IMG/VR virus record: IMGVR_UViG_3300027754_000003
Coordinates: 1 to 64,000 of that record
DNA length: 64,000 nucleotides
Reading direction: 5' to 3' (one strand)
From: a virus
Notes under the pieces: model-generated
Told to the model about the DNA's origin: nothing
The model's database searches: none
The model's input: the letters and a program-made list of their open reading frames with translations, nothing else
Part shown: positions 7,563-16,981 of the stretch, one piece after another
How positions within the stretch are numbered: position 1 is the stretch's first letter
Layout of the letters: each line of letters starts with the position of its first letter
Program-made: the position numbers and the translations under genes

Positions 7563-9610
7563 TTTCCTTTTGCCTCCGACCAATTAGTTGCTGCATGACA
7601 GGACACCTTAAGTGTGACTCCCATAATACTCCTATCGTGACCCATTGCAGTAACTAGGGTGGACATTGCAGAGTTTTCGTCTTCTTCTGGGGCAATAGCA
7701 ACAAGTTCGTCATGGACCTGAACCAACATTCTGGCATTAGTACCTACAAAAGCGGTGCTCACATCAATCATGGCCTGCTTGCAGATGTCTGCGGCACTTC
7801 CTTGAATGATGGCGTTGATGGCTTGACGCTGTGCTCGTGATTGTGTGAACGAATCTTTTGACAGAAGTTCTGGCAATCTACGCCTGCGACCAGTCAGTGT
7901 CGTTACATACCCAACTCGTGCGGCTTTGGTAATAGCAACTTGCTTCCAACGTGTCAGTTCTGCAAAACTCTTATAGTAGTTATTCAGAATTTCCATAGCA
8001 TGCTCATCGTCAATACCTGTAGTACGAGCAAGTTTTGCGTAACCACCACCGTATGCGGTAAGAAAGTTTACTCCCTTACCAATCTGCCGTTCTTCTGATG
8101 ACACTTCGCCTACGGGTTTCTTAAATACAGCAGCCGCAGTTGCGGCGTGAATGTCCTCGTTGTTTCTAAAAATGCGAAGCAACTGCTGGTCTTGGCTAAA
8201 CATAGCCATTACTCGGAGTTCAATCTGGTCATAGTCAGCCACAAGCATTGTGTACCCATCTGGTGGAACAAACAAACTACGAATAGTTGAATCTCGTGGG
8301 ATGTTCTGCAGGTTCGGGTTAGACGAAGACAAGCGACCAGTTGCGGCTCGGTGCAAGTTAAAAGACGGATGTAACTTACCGTTGTTCAACTTGGGGATAA
8401 GACCTTCAACATATGTTGACTTCATCTTTTGGATTTCTGCATAGTTCAACAACAACGGAATAAGAGGGTGCTTATCTTTCAATTTACCTAAAGCCTCGTT
8501 ATCCACAGACGGAGCGCCACTATTGGTTTTCTTACTTGGCTTAAGACCAAGCCCACCTGCTCGCTTACCTGTAAACAAGTAAGTCTGCTTATCCTTGTTG
8601 GAATCTGGGTTAAACCCAGCGTAAGAGTTATCAACAATGTCCAACAGACATTCCCGAATCTTATTGTCCAATTCTTTGCGGAGCAGTTTAAGAGAGGCTG
8701 TGTTTACTGTAATGCCTTCATCCTCCATCAACATAAGAACACGAAGCACTTCCATGTCTTGTTTGATAGCAGGCTGAAGTTCTTCATGCATGTTCAGTTT
8801 TGCTCGCAACTTTGAGTAGAGCATCCATGTCCAACGAGCATCTAAGTGAACGTACTTAGCCGCAGAACTAAATGGAACAGTGTTAATGACAGCACCAAGT
8901 TTTCCTTCTTTGGCGTAAGCGTTATGCCCTCCAAAGTTCTGGGCAATCAAGTTAGTCAATGAGAATGATTGAGAGTTCTCATCTTCCAGATGTTGGAGAA
9001 TCATTGTGTCAACATATGGGCCTGGGGGTAACTCGCCGTAATACTTCCTAATAGAGCGAGCGTCAAACTTTACGTTGTGTCCTACCTTTGTAAGTTTGCT
9101 AAAGAAGATAGGGCGAAGTGCTTCAAACACCTCATACTTAGACAATTGCTGTGGTGGCTCTGAGTACACACCAGGAATCACATACTTGGCTTTAGCCATT
9201 GATTCCTTACCACTCACTGTTACCTTGCGATAACCAATTGGTGGAATAGTTGTACCGTCACCACGTTCTTCTGGGACAATAATCTCACCAAAAAGGTGAC
9301 CCATTGGGATAGCCCAAGAGCGACCATAGGTGGCAATACCAATCCAAAAGACCTCATTGCGTAACGGGTCTAATGCCAAATCTTTGAGATAGCGCTGGCG
9401 AATTGCTTCTGTTGAAGAAGCGACAATTGAATCCGCAGGGTTCTTAAGCGTTGCGATGTGGTCTTTACACTCTTTTAAGAAAAGTGTATTGATATCATCA
9501 TGGCGCTCAATTACCCCACGGGACTCAATGTCAAAGGCGAACTCCCCTGCCTCTGTAACTACTTCAACAAGTTCATGCAACTCTTCAACGGTATGAACCG
9601 TTTGTTGCAT
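7559..9610 (-). CDS. DNA polymerase family A (3'-5' exonuclease + polymerase)
   Basis: ExoI FDIE, ExoII GHNVKFD, TGRLSSSNPNLQNIP, motif A DYDQIELR, motif B R...K..NF...YG, motif C VHDE. Confidence 0.96.
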   Translation of the reverse strand: MQQTVHTVEELHELVEVVTEAGEFAFDIESRGVIERHDDINTLFLKECKDHIATLKNPADSIVASSTEAIRQRYLKDLALDPLRNEVFWIGIATYGRSWAIPMGHLFGEIIVPEERGDGTTIPPIGYRKVTVSGKESMAKAKYVIPGVYSEPPQQLSKYEVFEALRPIFFSKLTKVGHNVKFDARSIRKYYGELPPGPYVDTMILQHLEDENSQSFSLTNLIAQNFGGHNAYAKEGKLGAVINTVPFSSAAKYVHLDARWTWMLYSKLRAKLNMHEELQPAIKQDMEVLRVLMLMEDEGITVNTASLKLLRKELDNKIRECLLDIVDNSYAGFNPDSNKDKQTYLFTGKRAGGLGLKPSKKTNSGAPSVDNEALGKLKDKHPLIPLLLNYAEIQKMKSTYVEGLIPKLNNGKLHPSFNLHRAATGRLSSSNPNLQNIPRDSTIRSLFVPPDGYTMLVADYDQIELRVMAMFSQDQQLLRIFRNNEDIHAATAAAVFKKPVGEVSSEERQIGKGVNFLTAYGGGYAKLARTTGIDDEHAMEILNNYYKSFAELTRWKQVAITKAARVGYVTTLTGRRRRLPELLSKDSFTQSRAQRQAINAIIQGSAADICKQAMIDVSTAFVGTNARMLVQVHDELVAIAPEEDENSAMSTLVTAMGHDRSIMGVTLKVSCHAATNWSEAKGK

Positions 9611-9615
9611 GAATC

Positions 9616-10284
9616 CTACTGAGCGTCAAGAATATCTGTTGCTACTTCCAACAGTTCTGTACGAGTAGGAATCTTGATGATGCTTGGGTCGTACGCACTG
9701 TTGACCAACACCTTCATGGTGTCTTCAGTGAATGCTGTAAGTTTCCACTCTTCAAGGTCACGTTCACGAACCATCTGCAAGATAGTTTGCGTCTGTGCTC
9801 CCTTGCCAGTCTTGGATACTGCCCAGTAATTCTTGGACAGAGGTCCCTGACGAGGGTCAAGGTGGAAGTTCTTCAGTTGGTCAATCAAGCGAACGCCAAC
9901 TTCAAATGACTTAACGATTGCTTCTTCTTCATTGTTGAGTACAGCAATGTTGAAAGCAAACTTGGTGCTTGGGCGATTACCTGCATCGCACAGTGGGCAA
10001 CCATTCGGGTCATCGTGCAAACAAACAAATGACTTCTGGCCTTGACGACCATCAATCCAGTGTGTTCGGAACGATGCATACGGCTCGTCTTCCAAGAACT
10101 TGATGACTTGTGTGTCTTCAGTTACCTTGAAGCGCTGTGCGTATGGTGAGGCTGCTTCTTGTACACGGTCTGCTGCACCCCAACCACTTTTAATGGTCTT
10201 GGTTGCAGTAGGCGCACTAACAGCCTCTGTTTTCTTCGGTGTAATTTCTTGCTCTTCGTCTTCGTAATCGTCATAATTTGACAT
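9616..10284 (-). CDS. single-stranded DNA-binding protein (gp32-like, Zn-binding)
   Basis: HW...FVCL...CPLC motif; position next to the polymerase. Confidence 0.7.
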   Translation of the reverse strand: MSNYDDYEDEEQEITPKKTEAVSAPTATKTIKSGWGAADRVQEAASPYAQRFKVTEDTQVIKFLEDEPYASFRTHWIDGRQGQKSFVCLHDDPNGCPLCDAGNRPSTKFAFNIAVLNNEEEAIVKSFEVGVRLIDQLKNFHLDPRQGPLSKNYWAVSKTGKGAQTQTILQMVRERDLEEWKLTAFTEDTMKVLVNSAYDPSIIKIPTRTELLEVATDILDAQ

Positions 10285-10300
10285 GATGTACCTTGCTCTT

Positions 10301-10747
10301 TCAGTGTTGATTTGACCATTGTTCTTTTATGTGTTTTTTAAAGCCTACCCAATCTGCACCTTTTCCTCGTGGATTATTGAGTCCAAAGTGTTCAACTGAG
10401 TAGAGTAACAACTCTACCTGCTTTTTGCTATATAACCTACGCCCCTTCAAAGATTTTCCAGGAATTTGTTCTCCGTCTGGGGTAGCGGTTCTGAACGAAG
10501 GAGTAGGTATAAACCCACGTTCTTCCCACCTCCTGATGGTTCCTGGCTTCCTATCTAGGGCTTTAGCCACCTCACCTACGGTGTAGAAGGCTGTCTTCTC
10601 CCCACGAACCGTGTAATAGGTTGCGTGGAGAAAAACAAATGGGTCATCGTTAACTACTGGTTTACTACCTGACCTATTTTTAGGCGGCTTTTTACCAGGA
10701 TAGTTAGGTAACTCCCCAAGGAAACTGTCTATGCCTTTAATGCCCAA
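10301..10747 (-). CDS. MerR-like HTH DNA-binding protein
   Basis: YTVGEVAKALDRKPGTIRRWEERGFIP...GRRLYS. Confidence 0.85.
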   Translation of the reverse strand: MGIKGIDSFLGELPNYPGKKPPKNRSGSKPVVNDDPFVFLHATYYTVRGEKTAFYTVGEVAKALDRKPGTIRRWEERGFIPTPSFRTATPDGEQIPGKSLKGRRLYSKKQVELLLYSVEHFGLNNPRGKGADWVGFKKHIKEQWSNQH

Positions 10748-11148
10748 GTCTCTTTCTCAACATAAAAGGTTTTGACTTTCTCTTGAATTGCTTCGTCATT
10801 CCAAGCAAGGCCAAGTAACTTGTCTTCACTAAGAACTTCAACAACTTCTCTCACTGTGTCCCAGTGACCATTCTCTTTAGCCCATGCTTCAGCAGCACTG
10901 GTGTTGAATGATTTAGAAATACGGCGCTCACGCTTGAGTTCCAAGTCACCAAGGTCAATCCAGATGTTTCCTTTTTCATCTGGCTTACCGTGAGCAACCA
11001 ACATCTCTGTAAGTTCTGCTTTAAGAGCATCTGTTCTCTTTTGTGTTTGGTCAAGCATTGACTTGTGGTTTTTATAATCTTCAACCACTCGCCTTGTATG
11101 TGCTTCATTAAAGTCTGATGCTGGTGTTTCTCTTACAATCTTTGACAT
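10729..11148 (-). CDS. hypothetical protein (Gam/Gp157-like coiled coil plus beta domain)
   Basis: N-terminal coiled coil, replication-module context. Confidence 0.55.
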   Translation of the reverse strand: MSKIVRETPASDFNEAHTRRVVEDYKNHKSMLDQTQKRTDALKAELTEMLVAHGKPDEKGNIWIDLGDLELKRERRISKSFNTSAAEAWAKENGHWDTVREVVEVLSEDKLLGLAWNDEAIQEKVKTFYVEKETWALKA

Positions 11149-11149
11149 G

Positions 11150-12694
11150 TTATACCTCGCTGTTAGTTAAGAACGAAGACAGAGCGCCTAAGTTCAATTG
11201 AAAGTTTCCCTTACTATCGTAACCACCGTCAACAAAGGCTTTATTGATATTTCTTTTTTCTTGCAACATTTCGTACTGTCGCTCCTCAATACTGCCCTTC
11301 ATAACGAATGACACGATATTAACGTGAGGAAACTCAGATGACAACCTAATAATTCGTGCTTCTCTCTGGTCTAGTTTTCCAGCGCTCCAAGGAAGGTCAT
11401 ACGAAATAAGGTAATTGGCAATTGGTAAGTCCACGCCATACCCACCAGCATCTGACGAAAGGAACAACCTGGTGTTTGGGTCTGTAGAAAACTGTTGCTT
11501 GGCTTTGTCTCTAGAGATGGTGTCCATACCGCCCATAAACAAAACGCTCTTAGTAGTGGCCTTTGTTGCTTCTTGGATAAGTCTCAAATTATTCTTAAAG
11601 AAAGAGAACAGTACAACTTTATTCTTAGGGTCTTCATTCAAAACATCTTCAATATACTGAAGTACCGCATCTAATTTGGGTGTGTTGAACTTGTCTGGAA
11701 TCATTCCACGAGAAACAATGTCTGCTGAGTACCGACTACCTTCAGCAGTCTTATCATCTAAGAACAGTTGTGAAGAAATCTTTACTAACTGTGGGTTGTC
11801 ACAGAACATGCGAAGAGTTGTGAGTTTGGACATGATGTCACCTTGTGCTTCTCCTGCACCACCATTACCGTAATAGTTAGCCCACAAGTCAAAACTGCGA
11901 CCATGTTGTGTAACTGCTTTCTGAATTGATTGTAGTAACTCTTCAGCAATCATCTTGTACGTTGATGCACCTGCTGAGTCAAAAGGAACAGGTATGAAGT
12001 GATTAATTACTTGAGGAAGTTGGTCCTGGATATCTTCACGAGTTTTACGAACCATTACCTCCTGCATACTCTCATGGAGTGCTTTAAGGTTTCGGTATCT
12101 ACTTGGCTTGCCAAAATGGTCACGGACAATAAAGGTTCGGTCAAACACCTCATACTTACCTAATACTGCTGGGTCAACAAACTCCATGATTGAAAACAAT
12201 TCTTCTGGTCTGTTCTCAATAGGTTGACCAGTGAGTGCAAATCTGTAATGGTACTTTTTACCTAGGCGTTTAATTAACCTAGACCGTTTGGTCCGTGGTG
12301 TTTTAATCATGGTTGCTTCATCAACCACAATGGCATCAAACTTATGTTTTTCAAAATCTGCAAGGTCGTTAGCCAACGATTCGGGATTCACAATGACGTA
12401 TTGAGAACTTAATGCCGTGCGCCATAACTTCTTACGAGCCGCAACAGTCCCATCAATAACAATAGAAGATGAGTCAGTAAACTTTTTAATTTCACGGTCC
12501 CATTGATACTTGAGAGAAGACGGAACAACAACAAGAACTTTGGTCACTTCTTTAGATTCCAGCAGTATCTCTATTGCTGAAATAGTGGTTACTGTTTTAC
12601 CAGCACCCATTACAAGTGCAAGAAGCATCTGACCACGGTCAACCATCAAATCGGTTGCCTCTTCCTGAAACGGATATAACTTACCCTTAAACAC
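11150..12694 (-). CDS. SNF2-family DNA helicase
   Basis: LYPFQ, MGAGKT, VDEAT, LTGQPIEN, GGYGVDL, QREARI.R. Confidence 0.93.
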   Translation of the reverse strand: MFKGKLYPFQEEATDLMVDRGQMLLALVMGAGKTVTTISAIEILLESKEVTKVLVVVPSSLKYQWDREIKKFTDSSSIVIDGTVAARKKLWRTALSSQYVIVNPESLANDLADFEKHKFDAIVVDEATMIKTPRTKRSRLIKRLGKKYHYRFALTGQPIENRPEELFSIMEFVDPAVLGKYEVFDRTFIVRDHFGKPSRYRNLKALHESMQEVMVRKTREDIQDQLPQVINHFIPVPFDSAGASTYKMIAEELLQSIQKAVTQHGRSFDLWANYYGNGGAGEAQGDIMSKLTTLRMFCDNPQLVKISSQLFLDDKTAEGSRYSADIVSRGMIPDKFNTPKLDAVLQYIEDVLNEDPKNKVVLFSFFKNNLRLIQEATKATTKSVLFMGGMDTISRDKAKQQFSTDPNTRLFLSSDAGGYGVDLPIANYLISYDLPWSAGKLDQREARIIRLSSEFPHVNIVSFVMKGSIEERQYEMLQEKRNINKAFVDGGYDSKGNFQLNLGALSSFLTNSEV

Positions 12695-13610
12695 TTAACC
12701 ACCAGGGGAATACTGAGGAGTTTTTAAGTGCTGTAATAATTTCGTCTTGAGTCATGTCACCGATGTCTTTTGCGTTCGTGTGTGCGTAGTGGATATATTT
12801 TATACCATTCCTGAAGGCTGGGAGTTGCTCTTTAAGCCTTTTTGCAGACTCAATACCTGCATCATCATTATCCATAGCAATGATAAGGCTGTCTACGTGG
12901 TCAGAAAGAATTCTAATCTGCTCCTTACTTACCGCAGCCCCAAAGGTAGCCAGACCACGAACACCATTAGCAACGGTGTCAATACGGGCAACATCTAAAG
13001 GTGACTCAACAAGAACTGCAATCTTTTTATCCAACTTGTCAATACCAAACAATGTTGTAGATTTCTTAACCCCAATTGGGTAGTTGCGAACCTTTGATGG
13101 TTCTTTCTCTTGCCAGCCAAGCAACTCACCCATCGGTGAAACCATTGGCAAAATCCAAGCCTGTTTTTTATCGTCATACCTGATGCCGTACTTTCGTGCT
13201 GACTCTCGGTCAATTCCACGAGTCCACAACACACGGTCAGACGGGGCGGAGAAGGAACTAAAAACCTTCCAATCAACTACTGGCTTTAATACCTCAACTG
13301 GTTCGGTTGTAAGTCTTTCTAAACCAGTCTCAATAAGAAAGGTATGTACTGCAATAATACTGTCAGGTTCTCCTGTCAACTCTGAAACAAGAGTGGACAA
13401 CGTACCTTTAGCACCGCACGAATAACAAATCCATAAGCCGCTACGTGCGTTCATAGACCATGACGGAGAATTATCTGCTTTGCCTGTGTGCTTCTCATGC
13501 ACAGGGCAACATGCAGAAATCTCCTTTTCACCTACACGCTTTACCTTGACACCCAAACGGGACAAGACATCAGCAATGTCAGTAATACCAGTTGTCCCTG
13601 TCGCTGTCAT
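12687..13610 (-). CDS. DNA primase (CHC2 Zn finger + TOPRIM)
   Basis: CPVHE...WICYSCG, VESPLD, DNDDAG, KDIGD. Confidence 0.92.
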   Translation of the reverse strand: MTATGTTGITDIADVLSRLGVKVKRVGEKEISACCPVHEKHTGKADNSPSWSMNARSGLWICYSCGAKGTLSTLVSELTGEPDSIIAVHTFLIETGLERLTTEPVEVLKPVVDWKVFSSFSAPSDRVLWTRGIDRESARKYGIRYDDKKQAWILPMVSPMGELLGWQEKEPSKVRNYPIGVKKSTTLFGIDKLDKKIAVLVESPLDVARIDTVANGVRGLATFGAAVSKEQIRILSDHVDSLIIAMDNDDAGIESAKRLKEQLPAFRNGIKYIHYAHTNAKDIGDMTQDEIITALKNSSVFPWWLSV

Positions 13611-14841
13611 CATCATCATCTTCTCCTACTTCTGTAAAGTCCATGTTGTTCCAGTCCCAGTTAATTCTGATTTCACCAGATGGGGCCGAACGTGCAATAA
13701 CTACACGAATGATTCCTTGGTTCTCAATGTCTGGGTCAGACTCAACTGCAAGCACAAGGTCTGAGTCTTGGGCAAACGATGAGGTATAACCAATTGAGTC
13801 CACAGTAACTCGCCGTGACTTCTTGTTCCCTAACTTCCACGATAGTACCTGTGTAGTACCAACAACTGGAATGTCAGCATTCTGAGCAAGCCGTTTTAGC
13901 GAGCGAGTGATGTTAGTCAAGGCTTGCGGTGAACCCTTTGGTTCTCCTTGCTCATCATCCATTAGGTACACACCGTCAACAAACAAGATGTCTGGTTTGT
14001 ACTCTTGAACTTTTGCCGCTAGTGAACTAACCGTGGTGAGCGATGAGGTGTCTTCAGTTATAATAAATGGGTGCATGTTCTTGCGTAGGCGCAAAGATTC
14101 ACGAACCTTCTCAAACTCCTGGTCAGATAATGATGCACGAAGAATGTTGCTGTACGGAACCTTGGCAACGATTGCGTCATATCGTGCGGCTTGTTCCTCT
14201 GCGGACATTTCAAATGAAACAAAGAGTGGGCGCTTGCCATGAATGTGAGCAGCGTTAGCCATCATCAAGGTCATCAATGACTTACCCTTCTTTGCTTCAC
14301 CAACGAATGTAATCAACTGTTGAGGGCGAAGACCTGAAGTAATCCTGTCAAGGCCGTTGATACCAGTAGGAATGCCACGCAATGCGTTTGGCATCTTTCG
14401 TAGTTCGTCATACTTTGCTATTCGTGCTTCCCAAGTTTCAATAAGGTTTACATCTCGTAAGCGAGCAACGTCTGCTCCAGCCTTTTGAACGCCAGCAGCA
14501 AGCAACTTAAATGCTTCGCCAGTGTCACCAGCGTTGAGCGCAGGCATTGCTGCTGACATTGCTTCAACAAGGTTGCGTTGCCTGTAAGCACCAAACACTT
14601 CGTCAACCAAAGCGCTGAATGGTTCTGTTGAAGCATTGATGATTTTTACATCACCAAACTCCATGTTGATGGCTCGTTCGCTAGGTACTGAACCATGTGT
14701 GCGCCAGTAGGTGATTAACCACGACCAGATTTGCCCCCACTCTTTAGTGAAGTGGTCAGCCTTTACGCCATGCTTAAGTGGGTAAGAAACATCTTGCTCA
14801 CCGATTACTTTACTAACTAAGAGTTGTTCTGCACTAGCCAT
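13579..14841 (-). CDS. DnaB-like replicative helicase
   Basis: GIPTG...LD..T.GL, GEAKKGKS, SFEMS, FVDGVYLM, QDSD. Confidence 0.93.
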   Translation of the reverse strand: MASAEQLLVSKVIGEQDVSYPLKHGVKADHFTKEWGQIWSWLITYWRTHGSVPSERAINMEFGDVKIINASTEPFSALVDEVFGAYRQRNLVEAMSAAMPALNAGDTGEAFKLLAAGVQKAGADVARLRDVNLIETWEARIAKYDELRKMPNALRGIPTGINGLDRITSGLRPQQLITFVGEAKKGKSLMTLMMANAAHIHGKRPLFVSFEMSAEEQAARYDAIVAKVPYSNILRASLSDQEFEKVRESLRLRKNMHPFIITEDTSSLTTVSSLAAKVQEYKPDILFVDGVYLMDDEQGEPKGSPQALTNITRSLKRLAQNADIPVVGTTQVLSWKLGNKKSRRVTVDSIGYTSSFAQDSDLVLAVESDPDIENQGIIRVVIARSAPSGEIRINWDWNNMDFTEVGEDDDDDSDRDNWYY

Positions 14842-15280
14842 TGTTAGACCACGCAGTCTTTGATGAGACTACGGTTGCTCTAAGCCCAAGCAGTTTGTAA
14901 TGTTCATACTCGGCAACATAAATCTGGTTAATACCACGATTGATGCTGAGGTCATAAGCAAGTTCTTTGATGTCTTGGTATGCAACCACGTTTGTTGAAA
15001 TCCCCTTCTTGATTAACCACCTCTCAATCGCATCAGCGACTTGAGGTGGAAGCAGTGTATAAACCTCTGTACCTATTCCCAACCTGTTTACTGAATCACT
15101 CAACGATTTTATTGGAAGAGTGTTTGGTTGCCATAAACGTAGGTACGAGTCCCATTTCTCATTGCGTAAGTAAAACGATGCCTTAACTTTTGCAATGCCT
15201 TCTGGTGGCGATGCAAGCACACCCTCAAACATAGTTGCCTGAGAACGAGCAGTAAAGGAAGACAGGTCGTTACCTTGCAT
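14834..15280 (-). CDS. hypothetical protein
   Basis: Likely start MQGNDLS at 15280; lies between the loader and helicase genes. Confidence 0.7.
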   Translation of the reverse strand: MQGNDLSSFTARSQATMFEGVLASPPEGIAKVKASFYLRNEKWDSYLRLWQPNTLPIKSLSDSVNRLGIGTEVYTLLPPQVADAIERWLIKKGISTNVVAYQDIKELAYDLSINRGINQIYVAEYEHYKLLGLRATVVSSKTAWSNNG

Positions 15281-15911
15281 GTTGGCTAGTCCTGTAATCC
15301 TTTCCTTCAAACGGAATTTGTAAAGTTGAATCTTGAAGAATTGAAGACAACCTTGGTCCATACACTTTTGCTAAAGATGCAATCGTGTATTCGGAAGTAA
15401 CGATAGTAATCAACTTCTGCTCGTAGCGACTATTCAACAATGATACAAGAGCGCTCTTAGTAAAGTCCGTTTTCTTTTCACCACCAAGACCGTCAAGCAC
15501 CAAAATGTCATATACCGAGTTGAGATACTTAAGCATGTACTCATCGCCATACTCTTCTGGCAACTCTCCATCGTTACGAATCTCATCGTAAGATGCTTCA
15601 ACAAACTTTTCAGTAGTAATAAAAAAACCACCAACTTGTTTAGTTGCTAACAACTCTGTCAGCATGGCAGAAGCAAGGTGAGTTTTTCCTGTTCCAGTTG
15701 TTCCGCACAGATACAAACCTTCTCCGTTTGTGCGGTTCTCATCAAAGTTCCCCATCCATCCCCGAATGGCTTTGGTTACACCCCAACTACCAACTTCTTC
15801 GTTGTAGTTCTCCAAAGTCTTATCTGCAAACCTACGAGGAATGTGTGCGTTTGATACACGCTCTTTTGGTTGACGGTTGCGCCAGTAGCGAGGACCATGC
15901 CAGTCAGTCAT
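15270..15911 (-). CDS. DnaC/IstB-like helicase loader ATPase
   Basis: IPRRF, GLYLCGTTGTGKTHLA, LVLDGLGGE, TIVTS. Confidence 0.9.
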   Translation of the reverse strand: MTDWHGPRYWRNRQPKERVSNAHIPRRFADKTLENYNEEVGSWGVTKAIRGWMGNFDENRTNGEGLYLCGTTGTGKTHLASAMLTELLATKQVGGFFITTEKFVEASYDEIRNDGELPEEYGDEYMLKYLNSVYDILVLDGLGGEKKTDFTKSALVSLLNSRYEQKLITIVTSEYTIASLAKVYGPRLSSILQDSTLQIPFEGKDYRTSQHAR

Positions 15912-16311
15912 TAAGGTACTTCTCCAATCGTGGGTCAAAGTTCATCTGGTCTTGTGCGGTCTGTACTGTACCGCTACGAACACGTGCGAACAACCCACCT
16001 CTTCTAGCAGCGAATGCTTGCCAAGGAGTTTCTTGTTCTTTCAACGGTATGCGCTTAATGTCATCAGCAAACAAATCAATCATCTGGTAAATCTCTTCAT
16101 GTGTTACCGAATTAGATAACATCTCTTTAAATATCTTCATCATGGCTGGTCCGTTAACGGGGGCGTTTAAAGTCATAGACGTTCCAGTAGTGCGGTCTTG
16201 TAAATACATAACTAACTTTTTGAGGCTTGGACCTTGTTGTGGTTCAACCTTCGGCTTATCTTCATCAGCGCCGATTACTTTGACATCCCAGTCATCGTTC
16301 TTCTTTTTCAC
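15904..16311 (-). CDS. hypothetical protein (possible initiator C-terminal partner)
   Basis: Overlaps both the initiator and loader genes. Confidence 0.65.
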   Translation of the reverse strand: MKKKNDDWDVKVIGADEDKPKVEPQQGPSLKKLVMYLQDRTTGTSMTLNAPVNGPAMMKIFKEMLSNSVTHEEIYQMIDLFADDIKRIPLKEQETPWQAFAARRGGLFARVRSGTVQTAQDQMNFDPRLEKYLND

Positions 16312-16823
16312 TCCGACTCCAAGTTTTCAATCTGGCGCATCCATCTGGGGTCTTGAAGCATAAAAGTAGGAATTTTTCTATCCCTTCCTTTGGCCCCCTC
16401 TAGAGAGTGATTAGTCTCTATAGATTGGGTGTCGCTGGGGATACCCTCCGAGGGTGTCGCTGGGGACACTAGGGGGGTAGCGCTGGCGACACTACTAGGG
16501 GTATCGCTGGAGACACCCTCCCTGGACTTCGGGTTGTTAAAGTCCACGGTGTAAAGATTGGTTTTATTGTTCCCACCCTTAGCCCTGCGTATAGTCTTTC
16601 GCAGTACTCCAGCAGACTCAATACGTTTCATTGCACGTATGATTGTTGTCCTGCTAAGACCAGTCTTTTCAGCCAGATGGTCGTAAGACGTTGTGAACTG
16701 TTGATTTTCATTGTCCATGTACTTCAGAGCGTTTACCAATACGCATAAGGCGATTGGGTCATTTCCGATGTACTCCATGACCCAACTTGGAATTGGGATG
16801 AATGTTCCACTAAACTTTGCCAT
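16308..16823 (-). CDS. phage replication initiator (wHTH, lambda O/RepA-like)
   Basis: SYDHLAEKTGLSRTTIIRAMKRIESAG...TNLY; followed by an iteron-encoded linker; AGAGGAG RBS. Confidence 0.85.
   Translation of the reverse strand: MAKFSGTFIPIPSWVMEYIGNDPIALCVLVNALKYMDNENQQFTTSYDHLAEKTGLSRTTIIRAMKRIESAGVLRKTIRRAKGGNNKTNLYTVDFNNPKSREGVSSDTPSSVASATPLVSPATPSEGIPSDTQSIETNHSLEGAKGRDRKIPTFMLQDPRWMRQIENLESE
16427..16518. repeat. four 20-bp iterons, putative replication origin
   Basis: GGGTGTCGCTGGGGATACCC (16427), GGGTGTCGCTGGGGACACTA (16452), GGGTAGCGCTGGCGACACTA (16475), GGGTATCGCTGGAGACACCC (16499); 23-25 bp period inside the initiator gene. Confidence 0.85.
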
Positions 16824-16825
16824 GT

Positions 16826-16854
16826 TTGAATTTCTCCTCTTTGTGTGTTAACAT
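16826..16854 (+). promoter_or_regulatory. sigma70/SigA-type promoter on the + strand
   Basis: TTGAAT-17 nt-TAACAT with a TGn extension; points into the intergenic hairpins. Confidence 0.6.
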
Positions 16855-16860
16855 CTGATT

Positions 16861-16981
16861 ATGAGAAGGACTTCCTCCTTCTTTGCCGACTCTGTTTTCC
16901 CCTTTCTACAGGGTCGGCTATATAGGATTGAGGGTGGCAGGGTTTCCTTCTTTGACCTGCCACTCTCTCCTATAAGTTTTT
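16861..16981 (+). ncRNA. putative three-hairpin small RNA with anti-SD-like loops
   Basis: Stems 16863-16883, 16885-16918 and 16921-16974; G-U pairs form only on the + strand; C/U loops; T-tract at 16977-16981; upstream promoter. Confidence 0.55.

Noticed and set aside
7559-9610. Intein or intron in the polymerase (also considered for RecA, helicase and terminase)
   Set aside because: No Cys/Ser...His-Asn splice junctions or homing endonuclease motifs; protein lengths are normal.
16427-16518. Regularly spaced repeats as a mini-CRISPR
   Set aside because: Gaps are only 3-5 bp and the repeats lie within a coding initiator gene, which fits iterons.
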